Assembly (NCBI GenBank): GCA_902385625.1
Contig: CABMGE010000010.1
Span: forward strand, 39,589 to 103,588
Length of the DNA stretch: 64,000 nt
Direction: 5' to 3'
From: an uncultured archaeon
GTDB lineage: Archaea; Nanobdellota; Nanobdellia; Pacearchaeales; GW2011-AR1
Shown here: one piece after another, positions 43,277 to 53,246 of the stretch
Layout of the letters: each line of letters opens with the position of its first letter
Position numbering within the stretch: position 1 is the first letter of the stretch
Program-made: the position numbers and the translations under genes
Notes under the pieces: generated by a model
Databases searched by the model: none
Seen by the model: the letters and a program-made list of their open reading frames with translations, nothing else
Told to the model about the DNA's origin: nothing

Positions 43277-43990
43277 ATGAAAAAGAGCTGGTATAAAAAA
43301 AAAGAGATGCTTGAAAAACATAATAGGAGTAGTGCTTTGTTTAAGGATTTTATTCTAGGTGGACAAGATGGGCTTGTAAATGTTCTTGGCATAATTCTTG
43401 GACTCTCTGTAGGAACAGGAAACCCTAAAATTGTTATTCTTGCAGGACTTGCTGCAACTTTTACAGAAGCTGTTTCAATGGGAGCAGTCTCATATACTTC
43501 TACAAAAGCGGAATCTGACTTTTATAAAAGCCAGGAAAAGCAAGAAGAATTTGAAATTGGAACATGTCCAGACATAGAGAGAAAAGAAATCTATGATATT
43601 TATTATAAAAAAGGCTTTCGCGGAAAACTTTTGAATGATGTTGTAAAGAACATTACTTCAAATAAGAAAAAATGGAAAGACACAATGATGAAAGAAGAAC
43701 TTGGACTTAATCGTGGATCAAATAATCCTTTTAAAAATGCAATTGTTGTATTTTTAGCTGCAATAATAGGCTCGTTTATACCATTGTTACCTTTCTTTTT
43801 CTTTCAAATAAGTAATGCAATTATCTTTTCTCTTATAATTTCTGCAGTTGCTTTATTTATAACAGGAGCAGTAGAAGCCAAACTTACAATTGGTAATTGG
43901 ATTAAAAAAGGAATACAATTAACAGTTATTGGAATGGTTGCTGCATTAATTGGATTTATAGTTGGAAAACTAACTGGATATAATGGGTAA
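43277..43990 (+). CDS. VIT1/CCC1-family iron/manganese transporter
   Basis: GGQDGLVNVLGIILG, central cytosolic E-rich segment, C-terminal TM helices. Confidence 0.8.
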   Translation: MKKSWYKKKEMLEKHNRSSALFKDFILGGQDGLVNVLGIILGLSVGTGNPKIVILAGLAATFTEAVSMGAVSYTSTKAESDFYKSQEKQEEFEIGTCPDIERKEIYDIYYKKGFRGKLLNDVVKNITSNKKKWKDTMMKEELGLNRGSNNPFKNAIVVFLAAIIGSFIPLLPFFFFQISNAIIFSLIISAVALFITGAVEAKLTIGNWIKKGIQLTVIGMVAALIGFIVGKLTGYNG

Positions 43991-44034
43991 AATTTTATAT
44001 AAATTATTATAAAGCTTTTTCTTATTTTTTTATT

Positions 44035-44646
44035 ATGAAAAATGGGGCAGAATCGATTGAAGAGATAAAAAAGACAGTATTCTCAAGAAATCCTTCATCA
44101 ATTAAATATAAAAGTGAATTTTATGAGTTATTTAACAATGGATTTTTTGGAAATAAAGCAGATACTGCTATTTCTTATGAAGAAGTTATAAAAAAGGGTT
44201 GGAAAGGAACTGTTTCAATAAGATCCAGGGGAAATGGCACTGCAAGAGCCCTTGTTTATAATTTTCCTATTGAAAATATTCCAGATGAAATTGAAAAGAG
44301 AAGAAAACTTGGGTTTGATGTTACTAAACTTTCTTTTAGCCTTACACCTCCTGATGATAAACTTAGGATTCAGGGAGAAATAATGAGAACTGAACAAGGA
44401 ATATTTGTTCTTTATTCTACTGTTAAAAAGCCTATGAACCTTTCACTTCGAGATGAAGAAAAAATCGCGACTGGAATTTGCGCACAAAAACTTCTTGAAG
44501 AAAACTTATTTCCTGTAAGCCTTGATGATATTTATGAAATTTTAGAACTATTTCCAAATGATGTAATTGAATTTAGCTCCTATGATGTTTGTGTTGGCAA
44601 TTTACCGCACAGAAATACAATAATATGGGAAGTTCGAGGATACTAA
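44035..44646 (+). CDS. hypothetical protein
   Basis: 203-aa ORF; no motif. Confidence 0.55.
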   Translation: MKNGAESIEEIKKTVFSRNPSSIKYKSEFYELFNNGFFGNKADTAISYEEVIKKGWKGTVSIRSRGNGTARALVYNFPIENIPDEIEKRRKLGFDVTKLSFSLTPPDDKLRIQGEIMRTEQGIFVLYSTVKKPMNLSLRDEEKIATGICAQKLLEENLFPVSLDDIYEILELFPNDVIEFSSYDVCVGNLPHRNTIIWEVRGY

Positions 44647-44653
44647 AGAGAAC

Positions 44654-44679
44654 AAGTTAATCTCGCTTCGCGAGATGAC
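44654..44679. repeat. 26-nt GC-rich palindromic element directly after a stop codon (copy 1)
   Basis: AAGTTAATCTCGCTTCGCGAGATGAC, identical to 59339-59364; 7-bp stem ATCTCGC/GCGAGAT. Confidence 0.7.
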
Positions 44680-44847
44680 CCTAGAGTGCTAAAGGACAGT
44701 TAGATATTTTATTCAGAAGTAAATTCCTCATAAAATTAATTGTTTTAAATTTTAATTTACTTAAAATAAAAACAACAATCTTTCAGCGCAGATATTTTCT
44801 ACCAAGTATATAATAAGATTTAATAATACAATTTTAAAATAGTTATT

Positions 44848-45012
44848 ATGGCAAATTGTGATTTTTGTGGAAAGGAAATTTCTATTGGAGTTAATACTAA
44901 AAAAGATCCTTTATTGAAATCAGGAACATATTGTGAAGAATGCAGTAAAAAAGATTTGAATGATCTTTTTGAAGAAATATTAAATGAAGAAGAATCAGAT
45001 GAAGACATCTAA
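44848..45012 (+). CDS. 54-aa zinc-ribbon protein (below the ORF-track cutoff)
   Basis: MANCDFCGKEISIG...GTYCEECSKKDLNDLFEEILNEEESDEDI; CxxC...CxxC plus acidic tail. Confidence 0.45.
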   Translation: MANCDFCGKEISIGVNTKKDPLLKSGTYCEECSKKDLNDLFEEILNEEESDEDI

Positions 45013-45066
45013 AGAGTCATTAATATTTTTAAAAAGGTTTAATAAGCCATTTCCACTTAATTTATT

Positions 45067-45339
45067 ATGGTAAAAAGCGAAAGAAAAGAGGCCTGGATGA
45101 GGATTCTTGTTGCAATAATCAGCGGAATTATTTTAAAATTCTGGGGAATTGTTGTCTTGATTGTAGGAGTTCTTAACTGGCTCATTGCAGTATTTTCAGG
45201 AAAGAGGGATAAAAGTCTGGCTGAATTTTGCGAACCATGGAATACTGAAATGTATAAGTATACTAGATATTTATCAGGAGTCTCGAATAAAAGACCTTTT
45301 CCGTTCAGTGATGTTGAAAGAATGAGCAAGTTTGGATAG
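45067..45339 (+). CDS. small membrane protein (DUF4389-like)
   Basis: WMRILVAIISGIILKFWGIVVLIVGVLNWLIAVFSGKR; preferred over the antisense ORF 45057..45329. Confidence 0.5.
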   Translation: MVKSERKEAWMRILVAIISGIILKFWGIVVLIVGVLNWLIAVFSGKRDKSLAEFCEPWNTEMYKYTRYLSGVSNKRPFPFSDVERMSKFG

Positions 45340-45409
45340 ATAATTTTATTACTTAAATTAGATAAATTTTTTTCTAAAATTTTATAAAGTAATTGTTATT
45401 TGAATATTT

Positions 45410-46024
45410 ATGATAACACTTGTAAAATGTTTAGTATATCCAAAAACAGATTTGGGAAAGCAAGGTGAAAAACCAAGATATTTGACAATTAGTGATTTTT
45501 TTCCAGATCCGATACTAAAAGATGAATTTCGCATAAATTCTAAATCTGAAGAAGTTCTAAATCAAACACTTCCTAATTATTTTTTGGAAGGTTATTTGGG
45601 AATTGAACCTTGGATTGTAAACATATCAAAAGATAGAGGTTATCTTGATATTTCTGAAATAGATGGAAAAAAAGCTGATGGAACTATTGCAGATTTACTT
45701 AGTCGAGAAAGTTTTTCAGTTGCAAAAAGAAATTATAGGTTAACAGATGAACAAAAAAATGGCTTAGTTGAGAGTATTATGGGTGGACTTGCATCTGACA
45801 ATATTTTTGGAATTTTTGTTTCAAGAAATGATACAAGACTATCATCAAGAGTTTATTCAGATGTTTTAAAAGCCCTTGGAAGAAATGTTTCCTCTGAACA
45901 AATTGAACAAATGTTCTTGGCCCAATATCAAGGTCTTGAAGCTTATGAGAGAGCTGAATTTCAAAGACAAGCTGAGGACTGGAGTAGTCTCGCAAACCAA
46001 GTAGTTGGCGCAGAAGTATTGTAA
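45410..46024 (+). CDS. hypothetical protein
   Basis: 204-aa ORF; no motif. Confidence 0.55.
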   Translation: MITLVKCLVYPKTDLGKQGEKPRYLTISDFFPDPILKDEFRINSKSEEVLNQTLPNYFLEGYLGIEPWIVNISKDRGYLDISEIDGKKADGTIADLLSRESFSVAKRNYRLTDEQKNGLVESIMGGLASDNIFGIFVSRNDTRLSSRVYSDVLKALGRNVSSEQIEQMFLAQYQGLEAYERAEFQRQAEDWSSLANQVVGAEVL

Positions 46025-46065
46025 TTTAGGATAAGTTTTATAATACTAATTTTCTAATAGATATT

Positions 46066-46917
46066 ATGAAAGCAAAAGAACTTTATGCAAGACTTGAAAA
46101 GGATTTTATAAGACCTGAATTAAGCGATGATTGGGCTGAATATATGAATGAAGTAAAAGATTTTCTAAGTGATAATTTCAAGAAAAGATCAATGGGACTT
46201 GTTTGTGATAATTCTGAACAAATAAATAAAGTTTATACTGCAGTATTTCCAACAAAAGAGGTAATGAAGTATGTTTTAAATCAGAAAGCTGAAAATGCTA
46301 TGCTTTTTGTTCATCATCCTTCTATCTGGGATATTACTAATACTCCTGAAGTTTTTCAACAGATGGACAAGGGATTATTAAAAAAATTCAAAGCAAGAAG
46401 AATTTCAGTTTATAATTTACATGTTCCATTAGATAATTATGGCGAATATTCCACTAGCCTGACACTCGCAAAAGGTTTAGGAATAAATCCAACAAAACCA
46501 TTTGGCCAATATTTTGGGGCATTGTGCGGCATATTTGGAAAAACAAAATTAAAAACAACTAGGGAATTATCAAATAATTTTAAAAAATTAGTAGGACATA
46601 AAGTTAGTTTGTATCAATATGGAAGTCCTGAGATTAAAAGAGGAGTAATTGCAGTTGTCGCTGGAGGAGGGAATGATGTTGAGATGCTACAAGAAGTTGC
46701 AAAAGAAGGAATAAATACATTTGTTACAGGAATAACTGCTTTGAGCCCTCATTCACAAAAAGCACATGAATTTGCGAAAAAGAATAAGATAAATATTCTT
46801 GGTGGAACTCATTATTCTACTGAAAGATTTGCATGTATTTCTATGTGCAATTATTTTAGAAAACTAGGACTCGAGAGTCAATTTATAGAAGGAAAACCAG
46901 GTCTCGAAGACTTATAA
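46066..46917 (+). CDS. NIF3-family dinuclear metal-centre protein
   Basis: MLFVHHPSIWD, NLHVPLD, GGTHYSTE. Confidence 0.8.
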   Translation: MKAKELYARLEKDFIRPELSDDWAEYMNEVKDFLSDNFKKRSMGLVCDNSEQINKVYTAVFPTKEVMKYVLNQKAENAMLFVHHPSIWDITNTPEVFQQMDKGLLKKFKARRISVYNLHVPLDNYGEYSTSLTLAKGLGINPTKPFGQYFGALCGIFGKTKLKTTRELSNNFKKLVGHKVSLYQYGSPEIKRGVIAVVAGGGNDVEMLQEVAKEGINTFVTGITALSPHSQKAHEFAKKNKINILGGTHYSTERFACISMCNYFRKLGLESQFIEGKPGLEDL

Positions 46918-47202
46918 TTGAAAAAGTGCTAGAAATTTAATAATTTAGAAAATAATATTTTTTAAACCTAAAAATATAAAAACCCTATATTCCTTAAATT
47001 TTTATGGCTAAGAATAATATGATTATATCAAGTATTTCTTTACTAGTCTTAGCTCTGCTAGTCATCCTATAAGCAAGCTATAATATTTTGGCTTGCAGGA
47101 GTTCTTTATGATACAATTAACTACTGCTCATGCTTTGAAAGAGAATTTTTCTTTTGCAAGATTAAATTTAAATAGTATTGAAAGGAGGGATTTTTAATTA
47201 AT

Positions 47203-47490
47203 ATGGTAATACTAGACAAAGAAAGAATTGAAGAAGCTGTTAGAAGAGAATTACAACTTATAGATATTTGTCCCCAATATGAGAATTGCATTACAGGAAA
47301 AGCCATGTCTGAAGAAAGATGCAGTATTAATTGCCGTATATATGGATGCAGCGTATCAGGCGAACATTCAGTTCTACAGAGAGTTTATTCTGAATTAAAT
47401 GTTAATGGAGATATGAGACAAAGAAGACAGGTAATTCAAGTGATTAGAGATGAGGTAACTGATGGAAAATATCAATTTAGAAAACATTAG
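47203..47490 (+). CDS. hypothetical Cys-rich small protein
   Basis: SD AAAGGAGGG upstream; 95 aa with five Cys. Confidence 0.4.
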   Translation: MVILDKERIEEAVRRELQLIDICPQYENCITGKAMSEERCSINCRIYGCSVSGEHSVLQRVYSELNVNGDMRQRRQVIQVIRDEVTDGKYQFRKH

Positions 47491-47724
47491 CAATATTTAA
47501 AAATCCATTCATACTCTTAAAAACAATGAAAGCTAGCAAGATAAATACAACTGAAAGATTAAGCATAATTTCTATTACAAGAAAATTTTTGAATGGTAGT
47601 ATGAATTTTCTAGTCCAGAAAAAAATAAAGAGTTTACCAATTTTTTTCTGTATAGCTAGCATTATTATAATTATTATTTAGGCAAGCCAAAAAAATTCTT
47701 TGGGCTTGCAGAATTTACCTAAAG

Positions 47725-49293
47725 ATGGAACTATATGACTGCACACTTCGGGAAGGAGAACAGGCAAAAGGAGCCAGTCTTAGTCTGGACGATAGAATAA
47801 AAATGTGTAAACTCCTTGATGAGTTTGGAGTCGATTATATTGAACTTGGTTGGCCTTATGTTTCAAAAGAGATATTTAATTCATTTAGCGAAGCCATACC
47901 TCTTGTTAAAAGAGCAAAAATAGTTGCATTTGGATCCACATCTATTGAAACTTACCCTGAAGTTGACAAAAATCTTGGTTCAATAATCAGATGTGGTGCA
48001 AAATATGCCTGCATATTTGGAAAGACAGATGTAACTCATGTTGAAAAACAATTGGGACTTTCTAATAAAGAAAATTTAGAAAAGATAAGTAACAGTGTTA
48101 GTTTCTTAAGAAAAAACAACGTTTCAGTTTTTTATGATGCAGAACATTTTTTTGATGGATTTAAAAAAAATCCTGAATATGCAATTGAGACTCTTTTCAG
48201 TGCAAAAAGAGCAGGCGCAGAAAGATTAATTCTTTGTGATACTAATGGTGGAAAACTTCCAAATGAAGTTGAAGAAATTGTAAAATATACAAAAAATGAG
48301 CTGGAGAAAGATGGACTTGAAGTACAACTTGGAGTTCACTTGCATGATGACTGCGGACTTGCGCTTGCAAATACACTTGTAGCATTACCCTATATAAAAC
48401 AAGTTCAGGGAACAATAAATGGTCTTGGAGAAAGAGTTGGAAATCTTAATCTAACAACATTTGTTGCGAATTATTTAGATAAAATGAATGGAAAACTAAA
48501 TGTCGATATGAAAAGATTAAAAGAATTTAATGAAGAATCATTCAGGCTTTGCGGAGTGGTAGTTTCTGAAAGAAGACCATATGTTGGAGAAACAGCTTTT
48601 TGCCATAGGGGCGGAGTACATGTAAATGCCATGATGAAAGGAGCAAGTTATGAACATACAGAACCTGAAAAATTTGGAGGTAAAAGAATTATAATTCTCA
48701 ATAGCCTTGGAGGAATAAGTTCAGTAGTTGGAGTGGCAAGTCAGTTTGGAATAGAGTTAAACAGAGAAATTCCTGAATTTTATGAAAAAGTGCAGAAACT
48801 AATGGAAGAACTAAGAACTTATGAAAGGTCTGGCTATGACCTGGGTACACTTCCTGCAGAACAATTTCTAATTTTAAATAAGTATTTTGGAAATCAGAGA
48901 AATTTATTTGAGATAAAGGCATGGAACTCTGAAAGCAAAAGAAGAGTTGATGGAGATGAAAGTGCAAGTTTTTATGCACTTTGCGATGTAACTGGAAAAC
49001 TTGTTGACTCGGAAGTTGAAGTCAAAGGAGGCCCTGTTGAAGCAGGTTTTAATGTATTAAAGAAAGTATTATCTCCATATTATCCCAGTGTTTCAGACCT
49101 TCATTTATCTGATTTTAGAGTAACAATTGCAAGAGAAAGAGAAGAAGAAAGTACAGTTAGAAATGAAATATGGTTTAGAAATGGAAAAGATTTTTCAACA
49201 GTGGGAGTAGACAGAAACATAATCGGAAGTGCTGTTGAGGCACTTGCAAAGGGATTTAGATATCACTTGAGTTATGAAGGTAAAAATGAATAG
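47725..49293 (+). CDS. cimA: citramalate synthase / 2-isopropylmalate synthase family (long CimA type)
   Basis: LYDCTLREGEQ, IELGWP, HLHDDCGLALAN, C-terminal regulatory domain. Confidence 0.8.
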   Translation: MELYDCTLREGEQAKGASLSLDDRIKMCKLLDEFGVDYIELGWPYVSKEIFNSFSEAIPLVKRAKIVAFGSTSIETYPEVDKNLGSIIRCGAKYACIFGKTDVTHVEKQLGLSNKENLEKISNSVSFLRKNNVSVFYDAEHFFDGFKKNPEYAIETLFSAKRAGAERLILCDTNGGKLPNEVEEIVKYTKNELEKDGLEVQLGVHLHDDCGLALANTLVALPYIKQVQGTINGLGERVGNLNLTTFVANYLDKMNGKLNVDMKRLKEFNEESFRLCGVVVSERRPYVGETAFCHRGGVHVNAMMKGASYEHTEPEKFGGKRIIILNSLGGISSVVGVASQFGIELNREIPEFYEKVQKLMEELRTYERSGYDLGTLPAEQFLILNKYFGNQRNLFEIKAWNSESKRRVDGDESASFYALCDVTGKLVDSEVEVKGGPVEAGFNVLKKVLSPYYPSVSDLHLSDFRVTIAREREEESTVRNEIWFRNGKDFSTVGVDRNIIGSAVEALAKGFRYHLSYEGKNE

Positions 49294-49356
49294 AATAACT
49301 AAGTTAGTAACTTTTAAAAACGCAAATTCATACTTAAACTTAAGGAAACGAGGAAA

Positions 49357-52221
49357 ATGTTAGATTTTAATACAGCAGAAAAAGAAATACTTGAATTTTG
49401 GGATAAAAATAAAATTTACGAAAAAGTAAAAAAGAAGAATAGCAAAGGCAAGAAGTTTTATTTTTTGCAGGGCCCACCTTATACTTCTGGAAGACTTCAT
49501 ATTGGTCATGCTTGGAATAATACGCTAAAGGATTTAGTCTTAAGATATAAAAGAATGCAGGGATTTAATGTTTGGGACAGAGCAGGCTATGATATGCATG
49601 GACTTCCAACTGAAAATGCAGTTCAGAAAAAACTTGGTATAAAAGATAAACTTGAGATTGAAAAATATGGTGTTGAAAAATTTGTAAAAGAGTGTAAAAA
49701 GTTTTCATCTGAAAATGCAAAAATTATGGATAAGGATCTTGAGAGACTTGGTGTTTGGATGGACTTTGAAAATGCATATTGGCCGATAAAAAATGAATTT
49801 ATTGAAGGAGAATGGTGGCTTATTAAAAAAGCATTTGAACAAAAGAGACTTTACAAAGGCAAGAAAATAATGCAATGGTGCGGAGAATGTGAAACCTCTC
49901 TTGCAAAACACGAGCTTGAATATGAGACTGTAAAAGAAAATTCAATATTTCTCAAATTCCAGGTAAAAAACAAGAAGAATGAATACATCGTCATATGGAC
50001 AACAACACCCTGGACAATTCCATTTAATCTAGCAGTCATGGTAAACCCTAGTTTGGATTATGTAAAAGCAGAGGTTGAAACCAAATCTGGAAAAGAGATA
50101 TGGATTGTTGCAAAAGCACTTGTTAATGTTTTTGTATCAGGCTTACTTGATTTAAAATTCAGGATAATTGAAGAATTCAAAGGAGATAAACTTGAAGGAC
50201 TTGAATATGAACATCCTTTTTATGGTAAATTAAAGAATAAATATGATGAATTAAAAAAACAATGGAAAAAAGTCCATACAATAATTTTATCAGAAGAATA
50301 TGTTGACACAAGTGCAGGATCAGGCCTTGTTCATTGTGCACCTGGATGCGGTCCTGAAGATTATGAAGTTGGAAAAAAGTATGGAATTGGAGCTTTTAAT
50401 GATATTGATGAAAAGGGAACATTTTCAGAAAGTTATGGAGAATTTAATGGACTTCGCGCAAAAGTCGATGACAAAAAGTTTATTGAGGCTCTAGACAAAT
50501 CAAGGGCATTAATAATTCAAACACCTGTTGAACATGAATATGCTCACTGCTGGAGATGCCATAAGCCAGTTGTTTTTCGTGCAACAGAACAATGGTTTAT
50601 GAAAATTGAAGATTTAATTCCAAAAATTCTTGATTTTAACAAAAAAGTCAAATGGCAGCCAGACTTTGCAACCAAAAACTATGATCTATGGATTGAAAAT
50701 CTAAAAGACAATGGAATTACAAGACAAAGATATTGGGGATGTCCTGCTCCAATATGGATATGTGAATGTGGTGAGACTGAAGTAATTGGAAGTGCTGAAG
50801 AACTCAAAAAAAGAGCTGGAAAAATACCTGAAGACCTGCATAAACCCTGGATTGATGCTGTGACATTTAAATGTAAAAAATGCAAGAAAGAGATGAAAAG
50901 AGTGCCTGATGTAATTGATGTATGGATTGATTCAGGAACAACTTCCTGGAATTGCTTATATTATCCAGCAAACAAAAAAAATATTGATTATTGGCCTGCA
51001 GATTTTATACTTGAGGCAACAGAACAGATAAGGCTCTGGTTTTCAATGCTTCAAATGTGCAGTGCAATTGCATTTGGAAAATCATGCTATAAAAGTGTAT
51101 ATTGTCATGGAATGATTCTGGATTATCAGGGAGTTAAAATGTCAAAATCCCTTGGAAATATAATTTCCCCTTATGAAGTTGTTGACAAATACGGAGCAGA
51201 CATTTTAAGATATTACATGTGTGAAACTCCTGCAGGAGAAAATATTAATTTTAACTGGGAGACTGTTAAAATTAAGCAGGGAAACCTAAATATTTTGTAT
51301 AACATTGCAAATTTTTTAAAGGAGCTTAATTCTCAGACTAAAGAAGATAAAAAAATTGATGTTGAAGAGAAATATATTCTTTCAAGAAAAAATCAGACAA
51401 TTAAAAGAGTTAACGAACTTATGGGAGAATACAAGATAGATGAGATCATACAGGAAATAGAAAATTTATTCTTGGATTTATCAAGAGTTTATATAAAGTC
51501 TACAAGGGAAAAAGTTAATTCTGATAAAGCTGGAAAAGTTTTATTTGCAGTTAAAGATGTTTATTTAGATGTCTTGAAAATGTTTTCAATTATCTGTCCT
51601 TTTGTTACTGAAAAAATCTGGCAAGACTTAGTTGAAAAAAATATTGTGAAAGAGGAGAGCGTTCACCTATGCTCATGGCCAAAAGAGGATAAAAAACTTA
51701 TTAATGAAAAACTGGAAAAAGAATTTAAAACAGCTTTGGAGATTATTGAAAAAGGACTATATGCAAGAGACAAGGCACAGATTGGACTTAAATGGCCTCT
51801 TGCAAATGCCAAAATAAAGTGCTTGAATAAAATAAGCAAGGAATTAATTGAACTTGTTAAAAGCCAACTTAATATAAAGAACATTGAGTTAGACGCAAGT
51901 GAGAAAAATAAGGAAACTATTGTTGAACTGGACACTAAAATGACTCCTGAACTAGAGTCAGAGGGCTATGCAAGAGAAATTTCAAGAAAAGTCCAGGCTG
52001 CAAGGAAAAATGCAGGGTTTGTTAAAACTGATTTTATTAAACTTGCAATTATTATTGATGAAAGTATTGTAAAATTAATCGGATCTCAAAAGGAGTTCAT
52101 AAAAGAAAGAGTTAATGCCAAAGAAATTTTACTGGATAAGATAAAAGAAAGTGATTATAAGAATAAAGCAGAGGATAAGATAAAAGGGAAAGAAATAAAG
52201 ATACTTTTTAATAAAATATGA
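49357..52221 (+). CDS. ileS: isoleucyl-tRNA synthetase
   Basis: PPYTSGRLHIGH, CWRCHKPVVFRATEQWF, KMSKSLGN; 954 aa. Confidence 0.85.
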   Translation: MLDFNTAEKEILEFWDKNKIYEKVKKKNSKGKKFYFLQGPPYTSGRLHIGHAWNNTLKDLVLRYKRMQGFNVWDRAGYDMHGLPTENAVQKKLGIKDKLEIEKYGVEKFVKECKKFSSENAKIMDKDLERLGVWMDFENAYWPIKNEFIEGEWWLIKKAFEQKRLYKGKKIMQWCGECETSLAKHELEYETVKENSIFLKFQVKNKKNEYIVIWTTTPWTIPFNLAVMVNPSLDYVKAEVETKSGKEIWIVAKALVNVFVSGLLDLKFRIIEEFKGDKLEGLEYEHPFYGKLKNKYDELKKQWKKVHTIILSEEYVDTSAGSGLVHCAPGCGPEDYEVGKKYGIGAFNDIDEKGTFSESYGEFNGLRAKVDDKKFIEALDKSRALIIQTPVEHEYAHCWRCHKPVVFRATEQWFMKIEDLIPKILDFNKKVKWQPDFATKNYDLWIENLKDNGITRQRYWGCPAPIWICECGETEVIGSAEELKKRAGKIPEDLHKPWIDAVTFKCKKCKKEMKRVPDVIDVWIDSGTTSWNCLYYPANKKNIDYWPADFILEATEQIRLWFSMLQMCSAIAFGKSCYKSVYCHGMILDYQGVKMSKSLGNIISPYEVVDKYGADILRYYMCETPAGENINFNWETVKIKQGNLNILYNIANFLKELNSQTKEDKKIDVEEKYILSRKNQTIKRVNELMGEYKIDEIIQEIENLFLDLSRVYIKSTREKVNSDKAGKVLFAVKDVYLDVLKMFSIICPFVTEKIWQDLVEKNIVKEESVHLCSWPKEDKKLINEKLEKEFKTALEIIEKGLYARDKAQIGLKWPLANAKIKCLNKISKELIELVKSQLNIKNIELDASEKNKETIVELDTKMTPELESEGYAREISRKVQAARKNAGFVKTDFIKLAIIIDESIVKLIGSQKEFIKERVNAKEILLDKIKESDYKNKAEDKIKGKEIKILFNKI

Positions 52222-52408
52222 TTCGAAAAAACCTCTGGAAAAAGAACTTGCAGGTAGTAAAAAATCTTTTATCTAAACAAAGATATTATGTTATAGTCAT
52301 AACAATTCAGTTAGTTCTTATTGCTATGTTTAAATGACAAAAAGATTTAAATAGTCCGGTTAAATTATTATAATAACAAAGAGGATTAAACCTTCGAAAC
52401 AGGAAAAG

Positions 52409-53212
52409 ATGATAGTCAAAGAGGAATTTTTAAATAGGCTGAGAAAAATATTCGATCTTAATTTATATGAGGTAAGAGTATGGACTGCGTTACTTTCTCG
52501 AGGAGTAAGTACTGCTGGAGAACTCTCAAATATCTCTGACGTTCCTAGATCTAGAACTTATGATATTCTTGAAACCCTTGAAAAAAAAGGATTTATTGTT
52601 ATGAAACTTGGAAAACCAATCAAGTTTGTTGCATTAAAACCTGAAGAAGTTATTGAAAGAGTAAAGAAAAACATGATAGTTAGCGCACAAGAAAAGAGCA
52701 AGAGGCTTGAAAAATTAAAAGGCGAAGAAATACTTACTGAACTTAACAGCTTATTCACACAAGGAGTAAAGTTTGTTGAGCCATCTGACCTTTCTGGAAG
52801 TGTTAAAGGAAGACAAAATGTTTACAATCACCTAGATATGATGATAAGAGATGCTGAAAAAACAATAACAATTGTAACAACAGCTCAAGGCTTAAACCGA
52901 AAACTTGAAGCACTTGAACCAAGTCTTGAAAAAGCAAAAAAGAGAGGAGTTAAAATAAGAATAGCTGCTGAAATTAATGATTCTAATAAACATATTGCAA
53001 AAGAACTTTCAAAATACGCTGAAATTAGAAATATGCCAAAGATTCGTGCAAGACTTGCAATAGTAGATGGTGAGCAAGTTCTGTTTATGGTTCTAGATGA
53101 TGATAAGGTTCATCCTAATTATGATGTTGCTATATGGCTAAGCACTGATTTCTTTGCTTCTGCAATGGAACAATTATTTGATGCGGCGTGGAAAGGATTT
53201 AAAGCAATTTAA
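52409..53212 (+). CDS. TrmB-family transcriptional regulator
   Basis: N-terminal wHTH LYEVRVWTALLSRGVSTAGELSNISDVPRSRTYDILETLEKKGFI. Confidence 0.8.
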   Translation: MIVKEEFLNRLRKIFDLNLYEVRVWTALLSRGVSTAGELSNISDVPRSRTYDILETLEKKGFIVMKLGKPIKFVALKPEEVIERVKKNMIVSAQEKSKRLEKLKGEEILTELNSLFTQGVKFVEPSDLSGSVKGRQNVYNHLDMMIRDAEKTITIVTTAQGLNRKLEALEPSLEKAKKRGVKIRIAAEINDSNKHIAKELSKYAEIRNMPKIRARLAIVDGEQVLFMVLDDDKVHPNYDVAIWLSTDFFASAMEQLFDAAWKGFKAI

Positions 53213-53246
53213 TCCTAAATAAAATAATTCTTGCTTTAAATTTAGA

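Noticed and set aside
33456-45329. Competing small ORFs: 33456..33716(-), 34155..34808 (three ORFs inside the Cys-rich gene), 35053..35319(-), 40087..40346, 41147..41404(+), 41221..41442(-), 44215..44397(-), 44820..45008(-), 45057..45329(-).
   Set aside because: Each overlaps a better-supported ORF with a signal peptide, TM pattern, family motif or SD. The composition looks like off-frame translation.
47121-47662. ORFs 47121..47306(-) and 47477..47662(-).
   Set aside because: The first is antisense to the SD and start of the 47203 ORF. The second is hydrophobic and could be a real small membrane protein, but it overlaps the 3' end of the convergent ORF and has no SD. I left it uncalled.
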